From contig JACJZV010000001.1 of the NCBI GenBank assembly GCA_020635395.1, positions 647,545-711,544 on the forward strand: a DNA stretch of 64,000 nucleotides. The letters run 5' to 3'. Below, piece after piece: positions 8,174-18,492 of the stretch; position 1 is the first letter of the stretch, and the number at the start of each line of letters is the position of its first letter. The translations under genes and the position numbers were made by a program. Origin of the DNA: Flavobacteriales bacterium. Lineage in GTDB: Bacteria; Bacteroidota; Bacteroidia; NS11-12g; UBA9320. The notes under the pieces were generated by a model, which worked only from the letters and a program-made list of their open reading frames with translations, did no database searches and had not been told where the DNA came from.

Positions 8174-9525
8174 TTTTTTAATTTGATAATCAATTCGTTG
8201 AGCGATATTTTTGACTGACTTCCATCGGTCATATTTTTTAATTGAACACAGTTTTCGGCCATTTCATTATCGCCCACCACAGCCACCAAATCAAATCCCA
8301 ACTTGTTAGCATAGTCAAACTGTTTGCCTATCTTTTTTTGATCGGGATACACAACGACTTTAATGCCTTCCTTTCGCAATTCATCAGCCCATCGACTACA
8401 AAAAATCATAGCCTTTTCATCGAAATGGCAGAATATAATTTTTTGATTATCTATTTGATTTTGAAATAGTTGAAGAGCATCCATCACATCATATATACGG
8501 TCAATACCAAAAGAAATTCCGACACCGGAAACATCCTTTAGTCCAAATATTTCGGTAAGATTGTCGTATCGGCCACCACCGCTCACACTGCCAATTCCAC
8601 TGTTTTTTATCACAGCTTCAAAAATGCAGCCTGTGTAATAATCAAGTCCACGAGCCAAACTCAAATCAAGCACCACTTGTGATAGATGACTTTCGGCCAA
8701 TCCAATAAGTTGCCCTAATTCGTGCAAGGCAATTTCTTTTTCCTGGCAATCAACTAATTGATTTTTAATGGTTTCCAATGTGTTTTCAGTTAAAGGAAGT
8801 TGAAGCAGCATATTTTTTAGAAGTTCCACTTTGGCGGCATCCACACCTTTTTCGCTTAATTCTTTTCCAACGCCGTCCCAACCAATTTTGTCCAATTTGT
8901 CTATGGCCACAGTAAATTCAGTAAAACTACCGGTAAATCCGATGGAAACCGTTACGGCCTCCAACAGTTTTCGGTGGTTTATCCGAACTTCATAATCTTT
9001 CAGACCCAACGTTTGAAAAACTTCTTCATAAATTTTAAGAAAATCTGCTTCGCAAAGCAATGATTTGGTGCCAATTACGTCGGCATCGCACTGCCAAAAT
9101 TCGCGGTATCGGCCTTTTTGTGGTCGGTCCGCACGCCACACAGGTTGTATTTGGTAGCGTTTAAATGGAAATGTTATATCACTTTGATTTTGAACCACAT
9201 AGCGTGCAAAGGGAACAGTTAGGTCATATCGAAGACCTTTTTCGGCAATGACCCAAGTGAGTTTTTGGGAGTTTTTATTAGCCAAAACTTCAACATCGGC
9301 ACTTGCCAAAAAATCACCCGAATTCAGAATTTTGAACAAGAGTTTATCCCCTTCTTCCCCATATTTTCCGGTAAGGGTAGTTAGGTTTTCCATGGCCGGA
9401 GTTTCGATGGGGTCGAATCCGTATTTTTCATAAACTTTTTTTATCGTATTGATAATGAGGTTTCTGCGAAACATCATTGTCGGAGAAAAATCACGTGTTC
9501 CTTTTGGGAGAGCTGCTTTTTGCAT
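8170..9525 (-). CDS. hisS: Histidine--tRNA ligase
   Basis: Class II aaRS motifs, an N-terminus (KGTRDF) typical of HisS, a C-terminal anticodon-binding domain, and a 4-bp overlap with the downstream gene. Confidence 0.85.
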   Translation of the reverse strand: MQKAALPKGTRDFSPTMMFRRNLIINTIKKVYEKYGFDPIETPAMENLTTLTGKYGEEGDKLLFKILNSGDFLASADVEVLANKNSQKLTWVIAEKGLRYDLTVPFARYVVQNQSDITFPFKRYQIQPVWRADRPQKGRYREFWQCDADVIGTKSLLCEADFLKIYEEVFQTLGLKDYEVRINHRKLLEAVTVSIGFTGSFTEFTVAIDKLDKIGWDGVGKELSEKGVDAAKVELLKNMLLQLPLTENTLETIKNQLVDCQEKEIALHELGQLIGLAESHLSQVVLDLSLARGLDYYTGCIFEAVIKNSGIGSVSGGGRYDNLTEIFGLKDVSGVGISFGIDRIYDVMDALQLFQNQIDNQKIIFCHFDEKAMIFCSRWADELRKEGIKVVVYPDQKKIGKQFDYANKLGFDLVAVVGDNEMAENCVQLKNMTDGSQSKISLNELIIKLKK

Positions 9526-9538
9526 GGTGCAAAAATAA

Positions 9539-11389
9539 TTATTGCAAGGCGTTTGGCTTAATGTAGTGATGATAATTTGCCACTTTTTGTTTTAGCATTT
9601 CTTCCAATTCTTTAGCCTTTTCGGGGTATTCATTCAGTAGATTTACCACACAATTTGGATCATTTTTTCTATCGTAAAGAAATAATGGTTTCGCATCGTT
9701 CATTAGCAAATTCCAATTACCCAAAGTGATGCTATACAACTGATTATCATAGTGACAAACAGGTCTTTCCGACATAGAAAGCATGTCGTTGCCAAGAAGG
9801 TTGTAGCCCACACTTCGGTTGTTCATGCTCAAAACAGTCGGAAAAATATCAATCTGCGAAACGGTTTGGTCTATGACCTTCGGGGTTAAAATTTTAGGGG
9901 CATAAATCAGCATGGGTATTTCATACTTCCCAGAAAAGGTGCGGAAAGCATGCACAGTGTTTTCGGCACTATGGTCGGCAGTAATAATAAAAATAGTTCG
10001 GTCAAACCACGGCTGTTTTTTGCATGAGTCAAGAAAACTTCGCAACGCAAAATCGGTATAGCCAATACTTTCATGAATATCGAGATTTCCTTTTGGAAAA
10101 GTGTTTTTGAATTGATCCGGAATGGGGTAGGGGTGATGACTGGTTAGCGTAAATATTCCGGCAATAAATGGTTCTTTTTGTACACTGATTTGGCGTTGAG
10201 CAAAATCAAACATGGCATGGTCATAGATACCCCAAAAGCCGTCAATGCCTGATTTGCCGCCGTCATATTCATCTTTTCCAAAATAAAAATCAAGACCGTT
10301 GGTTGTTAAAAAGGTTTGAAATCCCATCGAATTATTATCTGCTCCATGAAAAAAAAGTGAGGTGTAACCCTGCTTTTTTAATTCTTGTAAAATAGAGTTT
10401 GCCGGTTTTGCAGATAGTGGGCTGTTGATAAACGGCGAGTTACTGAGACGTGGAATTCCACAAAAAATAGCTGGAACAGCATCCATTGATTTTAATCCAT
10501 TTGCATAAGCATTTGTGAAACATACAGAGCTATCCATCAGTTTGTCAAGGTTCGGGGTGTAGCTTGTGATCCAGTTATGATTAAATGCAGTATATTCTTT
10601 ACCAAAACTCTCTAAAATAATTATTACGTAGTTATAATTAATTGGCAACGTGTCGATTAGGGTTTGTGAGAAATCATATTTTGGAGCAATGCCTTTGGCA
10701 AAGTCAGGAATATTAATGGGGTTTTGATAGGTCTCCAAAAGATAGAGCGGCGTATTCATAGCGAGCGATAAATAGGGTTCGGCAAGATATTGGCCAACAT
10801 TTGCGGATCGATACGGTTTTTTTTGAAAACCGCGAGCCAAACCAAAAAAGCACAAAATGAATATTGCTAAGTGCCAAAATTTTTGAGTTGCATTTGTAAC
10901 TTGGTTTATGCGGCGAAGAATTAAGACAAAAGTTACGGAAATAGCAACGAATAAGATAAAAAACGGCCAATAATCTTGTATATAAACCATTGGAGAAATA
11001 TTGTTGTCTCCCTTCAATTGCCAAAAAATATCGGCACTCAAATGGTTTTTAAGAATAGAAAAATACAAAGCATCAATAATGCCCAAAAGAGCTGTTGTTA
11101 TTCCAAAAACAGACAAAAGAAGAATTCGTATTCTCGGTTTTTTAAAAAAGAATGTCAGAAGAAAAACGCCACATGTAACATAGGTCGTTGGTATAATGTC
11201 GAGCCGAAACCCATAGAAAAAAGAGCTAAAAAGAGGGGAAACAGAAATGGGTTGAAATGCACTAAAATTGGCAAACAAAAAGATAGCCCGCAAACAAAAA
11301 AACAATCCCAAAACAAACAATATGCTGAGTAAAAATGCTTTGTTGGATTGCAAGAATTTTCTAACCAAAATAAAAATAAAATATGTCAA
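9539..11389 (-). CDS. LTA-synthase/sulfatase-family membrane protein (alkaline-phosphatase superfamily)
   Basis: Five N-terminal TM helices followed by a sulfatase-like extracytoplasmic domain. Confidence 0.6.
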   Translation of the reverse strand: MTYFIFILVRKFLQSNKAFLLSILFVLGLFFCLRAIFLFANFSAFQPISVSPLFSSFFYGFRLDIIPTTYVTCGVFLLTFFFKKPRIRILLLSVFGITTALLGIIDALYFSILKNHLSADIFWQLKGDNNISPMVYIQDYWPFFILFVAISVTFVLILRRINQVTNATQKFWHLAIFILCFFGLARGFQKKPYRSANVGQYLAEPYLSLAMNTPLYLLETYQNPINIPDFAKGIAPKYDFSQTLIDTLPINYNYVIIILESFGKEYTAFNHNWITSYTPNLDKLMDSSVCFTNAYANGLKSMDAVPAIFCGIPRLSNSPFINSPLSAKPANSILQELKKQGYTSLFFHGADNNSMGFQTFLTTNGLDFYFGKDEYDGGKSGIDGFWGIYDHAMFDFAQRQISVQKEPFIAGIFTLTSHHPYPIPDQFKNTFPKGNLDIHESIGYTDFALRSFLDSCKKQPWFDRTIFIITADHSAENTVHAFRTFSGKYEIPMLIYAPKILTPKVIDQTVSQIDIFPTVLSMNNRSVGYNLLGNDMLSMSERPVCHYDNQLYSITLGNWNLLMNDAKPLFLYDRKNDPNCVVNLLNEYPEKAKELEEMLKQKVANYHHYIKPNALQ

Positions 11390-11439
11390 AACTATGAAAA
11401 TAAAATTTACCTTTGCAGTCCTTTAAAAAAAGAAGAGAC

Positions 11440-11691
11440 ATGAAGCAAGGTGTGCATCCTGAAAATTACAGAATGGTTGTGTTTAAAGACATGAGTAATG
11501 AGCATACATTCATTACAAAATCAACTGTTGATACCAAAGAAACAATTAAATGGGAAGACGGAAACGAATATCCTCTTTATAAATTGGAGATTTCTAACAC
11601 CTCTCACCCTTTCTTTACCGGAAAAATGAACTTTGTTGATACCGCAGGTAGAATTGACAAGTTCAATAAACGATACGGAAAAAAGAAATAG
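11440..11691 (+). CDS. rpmE: 50S ribosomal protein L31 (type B)
   Basis: [10 protein letters not shown]...HPFFTG signature. The start is trimmed to the internal Met at 11440. Confidence 0.85.
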   Translation: MKQGVHPENYRMVVFKDMSNEHTFITKSTVDTKETIKWEDGNEYPLYKLEISNTSHPFFTGKMNFVDTAGRIDKFNKRYGKKK

Positions 11692-11737
11692 GCAAATGAT
11701 AATTTTTGCTGCAAAGCTCTCAATTTGAGGGCTTTGT

Positions 11738-12919
11738 TTGTTTAAAAAGAATATGAACATAATACTTTTCGATAATAAAAACCGCAATGATTTGTTGCCT
11801 CTGGTTTACACCCGACCAGTATGCGAATTGCGGGTGGGTATTTTAACCATTCGCGAAAAATGGGAAAAGTACTTAGGTGACAGTCCGAGCTACAAAACCG
11901 AAGAGTATTTACAAACCAAATTTCCACTCGTTTCCGCTGACGACACTGTATGGATTGATGCATCTGTTTTGCCGAATATTGAAATAGTGCAAGCTGTAAA
12001 AACACTTGCACAAAACCAGTCTATTGTTGATGAAAACAATCAATTGTTGGCTTGTAGAGGAGATATACATGATTCGGAAAATTGTGAAAGAATCAGTATC
12101 CATACCGATCGAATCCGATTTCCCGAAGATATATTTTCGAAAAATGGGGTGGAACTCGAAAAAGATTTTGACCTATTAACTACAGGAAGAAAATCAAAAG
12201 AAATTTCGGGTTCAAACCGAATAATTGGAAACGGAAGAATTTTTTTGGAAGAAACAGCCTCTGTGGAGGGAGCCATTTTAAATGCCACTTCTGGCTCTAT
12301 CTACGTTGGGCATCATGCCGAAATAATGGAAGGCAGCATTGTTCGTGGAGGTTTGGCTTTGTGTGAACATGCGGCACTCAAATTGGGTTCTAAAATTTAT
12401 GGGCCTACCACCGTTGGACCTCACTCAAAAGTTGGCGGGGAGGTTATCAATTCTGTTATTTTAGGATATTCCAATAAAGGGCATGATGGATTTTTGGGAA
12501 ATAGTGTTTTGGGTGAATGGTGCAATATCGGGGCAGACTCCAACAATTCTAACCTAAAAAATAATTATGCCGAGGTGAAACTTTGGGATTATACCACCGA
12601 GCGGTTTCGAAATACCAAACTACAGTTTTGTGGTTTGATTATGGCCGATCACAGCAAATGTGGCATCAATACGATGTTTAACACTGGAACTGTCGTTGGC
12701 GTTTCTGCCAATATTTTTGGGTCGGGTTTCCCAAGAAATTTTGTCCCTTCATTTGCATGGGGAGGCAGTGCTGGTTTTAGCACCTATCAGCTCAATAAAG
12801 CGTTTGAAACCGCCGATTTAGTAATGAAACGGAGAGGTATAGAATTAGACGAAACCGAAAAGAACATTTTAAAACATGTTTTTGAAATGTCCGAAAAATT
12901 TAGATTTTGGGAAAAGTAA
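11738..12919 (+). CDS. GlmU-like nucleotidyltransferase with a left-handed beta-helix (hexapeptide) domain
   Basis: N-terminal nucleotidyltransferase-like region followed by LbH hexapeptide repeats. Confidence 0.5.
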   Translation: MFKKNMNIILFDNKNRNDLLPLVYTRPVCELRVGILTIREKWEKYLGDSPSYKTEEYLQTKFPLVSADDTVWIDASVLPNIEIVQAVKTLAQNQSIVDENNQLLACRGDIHDSENCERISIHTDRIRFPEDIFSKNGVELEKDFDLLTTGRKSKEISGSNRIIGNGRIFLEETASVEGAILNATSGSIYVGHHAEIMEGSIVRGGLALCEHAALKLGSKIYGPTTVGPHSKVGGEVINSVILGYSNKGHDGFLGNSVLGEWCNIGADSNNSNLKNNYAEVKLWDYTTERFRNTKLQFCGLIMADHSKCGINTMFNTGTVVGVSANIFGSGFPRNFVPSFAWGGSAGFSTYQLNKAFETADLVMKRRGIELDETEKNILKHVFEMSEKFRFWEK

Positions 12920-12928
12920 AATAATAGA

Positions 12929-13684
12929 ATGAGAAAGAGATATGTAGCTGGAAACTGGAAAATGAATACCAACTTGATGGATGGTTTTGATTTGGTATCG
13001 GAAGTGTTGGAAAACATAAGTGAGACCGATTTGTCGAATTGTGATGTTGCCGTTTTTGCACCTTTCACACATTTAAAAGTGTTTCAAAATTCGCTAAACG
13101 GAAGTGGTATTCGGTTGGGAGCTCAAAACTGTCATCATGAAAAAGAAGGTGCATACACGGGCGAAATATCTGCGGCCATGTTGGCTTCAATTCCAATAAG
13201 TTCAGTAATAGTAGGGCATTCGGAACGCCGTCAATATTTTGGAGAAACCAACCAACAAATTGCTCAAAAAATGGAAAGAGCTTTTGAAAACGGACTGGAA
13301 GCCATTTATTGTTTTGGAGAAACGCTGAACGAAAGAGAAAGCAATAAACATTTTGAAGTGGTTGAAACCCAAATTCGTGAGGCTTTAACCGGTTTTTCAT
13401 GGAATGAGTGGTCGAAAATCACGTTGGCCTACGAACCTGTTTGGGCCATTGGAACGGGGAAAACGGCCACTGCCGAACAAGCACAAGAGATACACGCTTT
13501 TGTTCGCGGCATTGTCCAATCCATTGCAGGAAAAGAAGTTGCCGATACTATCCGAATTTTATACGGCGGTAGCGTAAAACCAAATAATGCAGCCGAACTT
13601 TTTTCAATGCCCGATATTGATGGTGGATTGATTGGAGGAGCTGCACTTGATGCAAAGTCATTTGCGGAGATTGTAGCCGCATAA
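12929..13684 (+). CDS. tpiA: Triosephosphate isomerase
   Basis: AGNWKMN, GHSERR and YEPVWAIGTGKTAT motifs. Confidence 0.9.
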   Translation: MRKRYVAGNWKMNTNLMDGFDLVSEVLENISETDLSNCDVAVFAPFTHLKVFQNSLNGSGIRLGAQNCHHEKEGAYTGEISAAMLASIPISSVIVGHSERRQYFGETNQQIAQKMERAFENGLEAIYCFGETLNERESNKHFEVVETQIREALTGFSWNEWSKITLAYEPVWAIGTGKTATAEQAQEIHAFVRGIVQSIAGKEVADTIRILYGGSVKPNNAAELFSMPDIDGGLIGGAALDAKSFAEIVAA

Positions 13685-13775
13685 GTGTTTGTTTAATAGG
13701 ACACATTATAAAGGTGAGAATCTAATTTTTCCCTTAAAATAAGGGCTTTGGTAGGCTGGGACAATTTTTGAACCT

Positions 13776-14954
13776 ATGCTCAAAACAATTAAATTTGAGC
13801 GTATGAAACTGAAAATTTACTCTTTCGCATTTGCATCATTTCTGATTTTATCTGTTGTTTTTTTGGGTTGTAGCTCGGGCAAAAATAGGTTCGAGAAAGG
13901 TGAGTACGATGCAGCCACTCAGCAAGCCATTAAGCGATTGCGAAGCAATCCGGATAAAAAAAAGGCGGTAAAATATCTCGATTTGGCCTACAATCATGCA
14001 GTTGATTATCATTTGAGCGAAATAGACAGGCTTAAAGCCAGTCAGGATAGATTTAAGTTTGATGATGTAGTTTGGCACTATCAAAAACTCAACGAGCTTT
14101 ATAATGAAATAATTAAGTGTCCTGGTTGTTTGGAAGTAATTCCAAACCCAAAAATATTTCAAAATGAATTTAATGAATCGAGTTTGGCGGCCAGCAAGGC
14201 TCACTTTGAGTATGGCTTGGAGCAGCTGAATTTGAACACCAAATCTGGTGGCCGAGAGGCTTACCGACATTTTACGACGGCTAAAAATTATACTCCAAAA
14301 TATTCAAAAATAGATGAATATATCTCCCAAGCTCTGTCTTTAGGAACTGTCCGAGTTTTGATAGAGAATATTCCGGTACACAGCCGAAGTTTGGCTCTTA
14401 CAAATGAGTTTTTTCAAAATCAAATTTCGGAATATGCCAGAGGTCTCAATTATACCTTTGTTGAATTTTACCGGGAGTCGGAATACAACGCGTTGAATGT
14501 TGAAATTGACGAAGTAATCGTTATGAAATTTGATGATTTTGTTGTTGGGCAAACTTATATTAAAGAAAAAACGGAAACGATTGAAAAGGATAGCGTGAAA
14601 ATTGGAACTGTAAAAACCAGTGACGGCGAGCTGCCTGTAATAGGAAAAGCAAAAGCGAAGTTTACAACCTATGAAAAAACACTTACCTCCAGTGGATTGC
14701 TTGACTTTCAAATTGTAGATGCGACAAGCGGAGCTACCTTAAGGCAACAAAAATTTCCCGGCACGTTTGTTTGGAAAACTGATTGGGCTTCATACAACGG
14801 ACAAGAGGAAGCATTAACTGCCGAGCAAATTAAAATGTCGAAACGCACGGAAGCATATCCACCCAGTCCGCAAGACTTGTTTATAGAGTTTACAAGACCT
14901 ATTTACTCACAACTGGTTCGATCTATTGCCAATTATTATTCTGGCTTAAACTAA
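13776..14954 (+). CDS. Hypothetical lipoprotein
   Basis: Signal peptide with a lipobox-like LGCSSG. No recognisable domain. Confidence 0.4.
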   Translation: MLKTIKFERMKLKIYSFAFASFLILSVVFLGCSSGKNRFEKGEYDAATQQAIKRLRSNPDKKKAVKYLDLAYNHAVDYHLSEIDRLKASQDRFKFDDVVWHYQKLNELYNEIIKCPGCLEVIPNPKIFQNEFNESSLAASKAHFEYGLEQLNLNTKSGGREAYRHFTTAKNYTPKYSKIDEYISQALSLGTVRVLIENIPVHSRSLALTNEFFQNQISEYARGLNYTFVEFYRESEYNALNVEIDEVIVMKFDDFVVGQTYIKEKTETIEKDSVKIGTVKTSDGELPVIGKAKAKFTTYEKTLTSSGLLDFQIVDATSGATLRQQKFPGTFVWKTDWASYNGQEEALTAEQIKMSKRTEAYPPSPQDLFIEFTRPIYSQLVRSIANYYSGLN

Positions 14955-15075
14955 AGAATAACACAGGTTTTGTTTTTATGCAATTGAATAATTAAAGAGT
15001 TAAACCAGAATTTAAGATAATTTCTTATGATTTGAAAATTCAAATATAAATGTGGGACTATATTAGCCTTACTCA

Positions 15076-15101
15076 AGCCCCATCCTAAAAGGATGGGGCT
15101 T
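15076..15101 (+). terminator. Hairpin downstream of the 13776..14954 gene
   Basis: aagccccatcctaaaaggatggggctt stem-loop with a weak T-run. Confidence 0.4.
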
Positions 15102-15211
15102 CTGTTTAAAGTACATATTGCATTTTAACCGTGTTCAAATATTTTCCCAATTCCAACGTTCAATTTCAATATAATTAGCGTTAAGAAGCAGAAAAGTGGA
15201 TCCATAAAAAA

Positions 15212-15239
15212 AGCCGATTCAATGAATCGGCTTTTTTTT
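15212..15239. terminator. Bidirectional rho-independent terminator between convergent genes
   Basis: agccgattcaatgaatcggct hairpin flanked by A-runs and T-runs on both sides. Confidence 0.75.
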
Positions 15240-15257
15240 ATATTGCAGTATTTTATA

Positions 15258-16799
15258 TTATCTAACTTTCATAAGGTCAATTCTTCTGGCAGGATATTGC
15301 AAACCAGGAGAAGCCGAACCTTCAGTATCCATAATGAATCTGTCGCGAGGCACACCATAGTTAGAGTTTAAGTAATCAATAATGGCATTGATTCGTTGCT
15401 GAGCCAATTGAGAACCTGATTTACTTCTAACAGAGTAACCAGTCATCAATACATTCAAATCAGGACAAGATTTCATTTTTTCAGCAACACTATACAACAC
15501 ACCAATTGCCTCAGGGCTGATTGTATGACTACCATTGTCAAAAATGATTGCTGGAAGCATTACATCAGAACAGTCGCAGCAGCCGCCGACATCGCCAGAA
15601 GTTTTAATAGTTTCACCTCTTGGGTTAACGGCAACACCTTTTTGAGTGTTTAATTCTTCATCTCTATAATCAGGCACACCGTCACCATCAACATCAATCA
15701 TAATGCCGTTAGCATCAACTTCAGAACCTCTTTCTGAGTCAATTTGTTTGTCTTTATTGTCAGGTACACCATCTTTGTCAAGGTCAACAGTAACCCCAGA
15801 ACCCCAAACGTACGCATCAGGATCTGTGTCAGGTTCTTTGTCGAAATAATCGGCTACACCGTCATTATCAGTATCTAACAAAAGAAGTTCAACCTTTTCT
15901 TGTATCATTACAAGCGTGTCCATAGTTTCATAGATGTTCTCAACAGGGTTCAACCAATCGTAGTGTTCTTTAGAACCATCTTTTCCGCCAAGTTTAATAC
16001 TTGCTTGGAAGCTTAATAAACCGTAGAAGTCAAAAACACGGTTTCTCCAAATTGGGAAAGAGAATGCATCAATATTATCGCTACGTGTGTAGTGGTTTTT
16101 GTACTCCATGCCCAAATCCAACCATCTGTTCACATTTCTTTTAAATCCAACACCAAAAGGAATAGTAAAGTTGGTTCCCTTGTACACAGATATTAAATCA
16201 ACTACGTTTCCGTTATTATCCAACTTTTGGGTGAAAAAACCTTGGTCTCCCCAAGTGTCCCACATGGCTTGCTCATTAGTTTGATATTGACCATATTGGC
16301 CTTTTACATCACTCCAAATGGCACCGAAACCAGTAAAGAAATACATTTGCCATTTACGCAAAGGTCGAATAAACGAAAGATTACCTAAAGTTAAATTGGC
16401 AGTAACGTTTAAATCTTTAAACTTGTTATTAAAGTAATAGCTGTCATCCGAAGGGGCTTGATTTCCTGCATTGAAATACTGAGTCCCATCCGAAGTATTG
16501 TTTCGGTCTTTCGAACTGTTTCCGCTGATATCATGACCGTCCCGTGAACCACTCAAAGTTCCTATATTTCCATTAACTTTAATTCCAAAGGTTTGAGAAA
16601 CAGAATACTTGGCGTGTGCTCCAAAAGCAAAATTTGCTTTGAAATGGTCAGCGTCACACATGGTGTGAGTAGGACTCAACTGAATTCCAACAGACCATCG
16701 CTTAGAATAGCGAAACTTTCCAAAAAAATCGGTCTGCGACATTGCACTCTGGCTTACAACCAAAGCACCTAAAAGCAACAAAGTTTTTAAATTTTTCAT
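15258..16799 (-). CDS. OmpA-family outer-membrane protein with thrombospondin type-3 (TSP3) Ca-binding repeats
   Basis: Signal peptide, an N-terminal beta-barrel-like region, DxDxDGxxD repeats, and a C-terminal OmpA peptidoglycan-binding domain. Confidence 0.75.
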   Translation of the reverse strand: MKNLKTLLLLGALVVSQSAMSQTDFFGKFRYSKRWSVGIQLSPTHTMCDADHFKANFAFGAHAKYSVSQTFGIKVNGNIGTLSGSRDGHDISGNSSKDRNNTSDGTQYFNAGNQAPSDDSYYFNNKFKDLNVTANLTLGNLSFIRPLRKWQMYFFTGFGAIWSDVKGQYGQYQTNEQAMWDTWGDQGFFTQKLDNNGNVVDLISVYKGTNFTIPFGVGFKRNVNRWLDLGMEYKNHYTRSDNIDAFSFPIWRNRVFDFYGLLSFQASIKLGGKDGSKEHYDWLNPVENIYETMDTLVMIQEKVELLLLDTDNDGVADYFDKEPDTDPDAYVWGSGVTVDLDKDGVPDNKDKQIDSERGSEVDANGIMIDVDGDGVPDYRDEELNTQKGVAVNPRGETIKTSGDVGGCCDCSDVMLPAIIFDNGSHTISPEAIGVLYSVAEKMKSCPDLNVLMTGYSVRSKSGSQLAQQRINAIIDYLNSNYGVPRDRFIMDTEGSASPGLQYPARRIDLMKVR

Positions 16800-16866
16800 A
16801 TTAAATTAAATACTGAATATGTAGTAATTTTGGGGCAAAGATAGATATTTAGCTATAAATACCAAT

Positions 16867-18492
16867 TTAATTTTCAAGATAAAGAATATTTATTTTAGAG
16901 TTTTTTGTTACGGAGGAGGCGGAAAGAAGGTGTTTTAAACTTGATAAGGATTCGAGTATCGATTTTTGTCTTTCCTGATTGTAATTTTCATGCCAAATTT
17001 TCGACTTTATTTTAATAACTTTTTGATAGTCTGAATTCATTTCGATGGAGTTGTCAATCATTGATTTTATTGAGTTTGAGGTTTTTTTGAACACATTTTT
17101 CCAATCCGTTTTTATGGATGCATTTAGGTATTGTCGCATTGACTCATCCATAAAAAGAGATTCCATTAAATCATCCAACTCCGAAAGTCTGTTCGAGAGG
17201 TTGTTGTATTTTTCATTGTATTTATTGACAAACAACTGACTTAATTTTTCTTTTGAGTAAAAAATTGTCTCAATTGGAATATCTGCATTTCTCAGAAATT
17301 CAAGGTTTTTTTTAGTAAAATAAAAGGTTGATGGACGAATAATCAATTTTGGGAATAGGGTTCCAAATTTAAAAAGCAATAGCTTGAGTTCTATCCAATA
17401 CATGAACTCAGCGGCACCTGCAATGTAGCTAATATTTGGCAAGATGACTTGTTGATACAATGGCCGTAACAAGGCATTTGGGCTAAATTTTTCAGGTTGG
17501 TTCAATAAAAAATCATTTATTTCTTCGGTATTATATTTTATTTCAGAACCGACAACCCTAAAATTGTTTTCGTTTTTTTCGAGCCTAAGTCTTTGATTGT
17601 CATGTAAAAAGAAAGTATTGGATGGCCTCGTGTTGATTGGTGGTTTTATCTTGTTGGCCTTTAATTCATTTATTGTTGCGTCTATTGCTTCAGAACAATC
17701 ATGTTTAAAAAGGTCGTTTTTAAAAATGTTTACAAATTGTTTTTTACAAAAGGTATTGTCTCCATCAAAAACAATAATTCCGGTATGCCCATAAAGGGTA
17801 TGAATAATTTGCCGTGTGGCTTGAGCAAAGGTTTTGCATTGGGTGTATGCTGTTTCGCAAACAGCAATAAAATGAAGATTTTCGGGGGTTTGGTCAATTC
17901 GCTGTTTTGCAAAATTTACTAAAGGCAATAAGCTTTGTGGAGCCAAACGACCAACGAAGCCCTTTGATTCTATATCCCAGGTTAATTTTTCATTGTATAA
18001 ACTGACCGAATTAATCTCTTCAAAATCATGATCTTCGGTGGCCATCCAAAATATCGGAACTGATTCATATTCAGATTGTTGTTCATTGAATTCGTCCGAT
18101 TCTAAACAAACTGAAAGCAATTTGTGGGCTACAAACATTGGCCCCAAAAAAATATGAATTTGTTGTCCGGTAGTTATGCATACGCAATTTTCATTTTGTA
18201 GTTTTACAATGTTCTGATAAACGGGACTCGATTCATTCAAATGAATGTTCGATTGCTCGTATTGTTTAAGAATTTCCTCTACCAAGCCTTTTCTGTAATT
18301 CGGGCTAAATTGTGGGTTTTGAACAACCTCTTTTGCATTGTCTGCGTCACTGTTTCGATTTACAAATTGATTCGGAAAATCTTGATTAGACAGATATTTT
18401 TTGATTAAATCGCTGAAAAAATCAGTATTGGAATAGTCAATCTCTATCAAATTATGTGTTTGATTTTCAGTCGATTGTTCCATATAAATCAA
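16867..18492 (-). CDS. bshC: Bacillithiol biosynthesis cysteine-adding enzyme BshC (putative)
   Basis: About 540 aa. Has the N-terminal IEIDYSN..LVEEILKQYEQ region typical of BshC and a coiled-coil C-terminus. Confidence 0.55.
   Translation of the reverse strand: MIYMEQSTENQTHNLIEIDYSNTDFFSDLIKKYLSNQDFPNQFVNRNSDADNAKEVVQNPQFSPNYRKGLVEEILKQYEQSNIHLNESSPVYQNIVKLQNENCVCITTGQQIHIFLGPMFVAHKLLSVCLESDEFNEQQSEYESVPIFWMATEDHDFEEINSVSLYNEKLTWDIESKGFVGRLAPQSLLPLVNFAKQRIDQTPENLHFIAVCETAYTQCKTFAQATRQIIHTLYGHTGIIVFDGDNTFCKKQFVNIFKNDLFKHDCSEAIDATINELKANKIKPPINTRPSNTFFLHDNQRLRLEKNENNFRVVGSEIKYNTEEINDFLLNQPEKFSPNALLRPLYQQVILPNISYIAGAAEFMYWIELKLLLFKFGTLFPKLIIRPSTFYFTKKNLEFLRNADIPIETIFYSKEKLSQLFVNKYNEKYNNLSNRLSELDDLMESLFMDESMRQYLNASIKTDWKNVFKKTSNSIKSMIDNSIEMNSDYQKVIKIKSKIWHENYNQERQKSILESLSSLKHLLSASSVTKNSKINILYLEN

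Noticed and set aside
10713-11332. Several nested ORFs (10713..11024 minus; 10976..11332 and 11001..11183 plus) inside the LTA-synthase-family gene
   Set aside because: They are in-frame shadows within a long well-supported membrane-protein gene.
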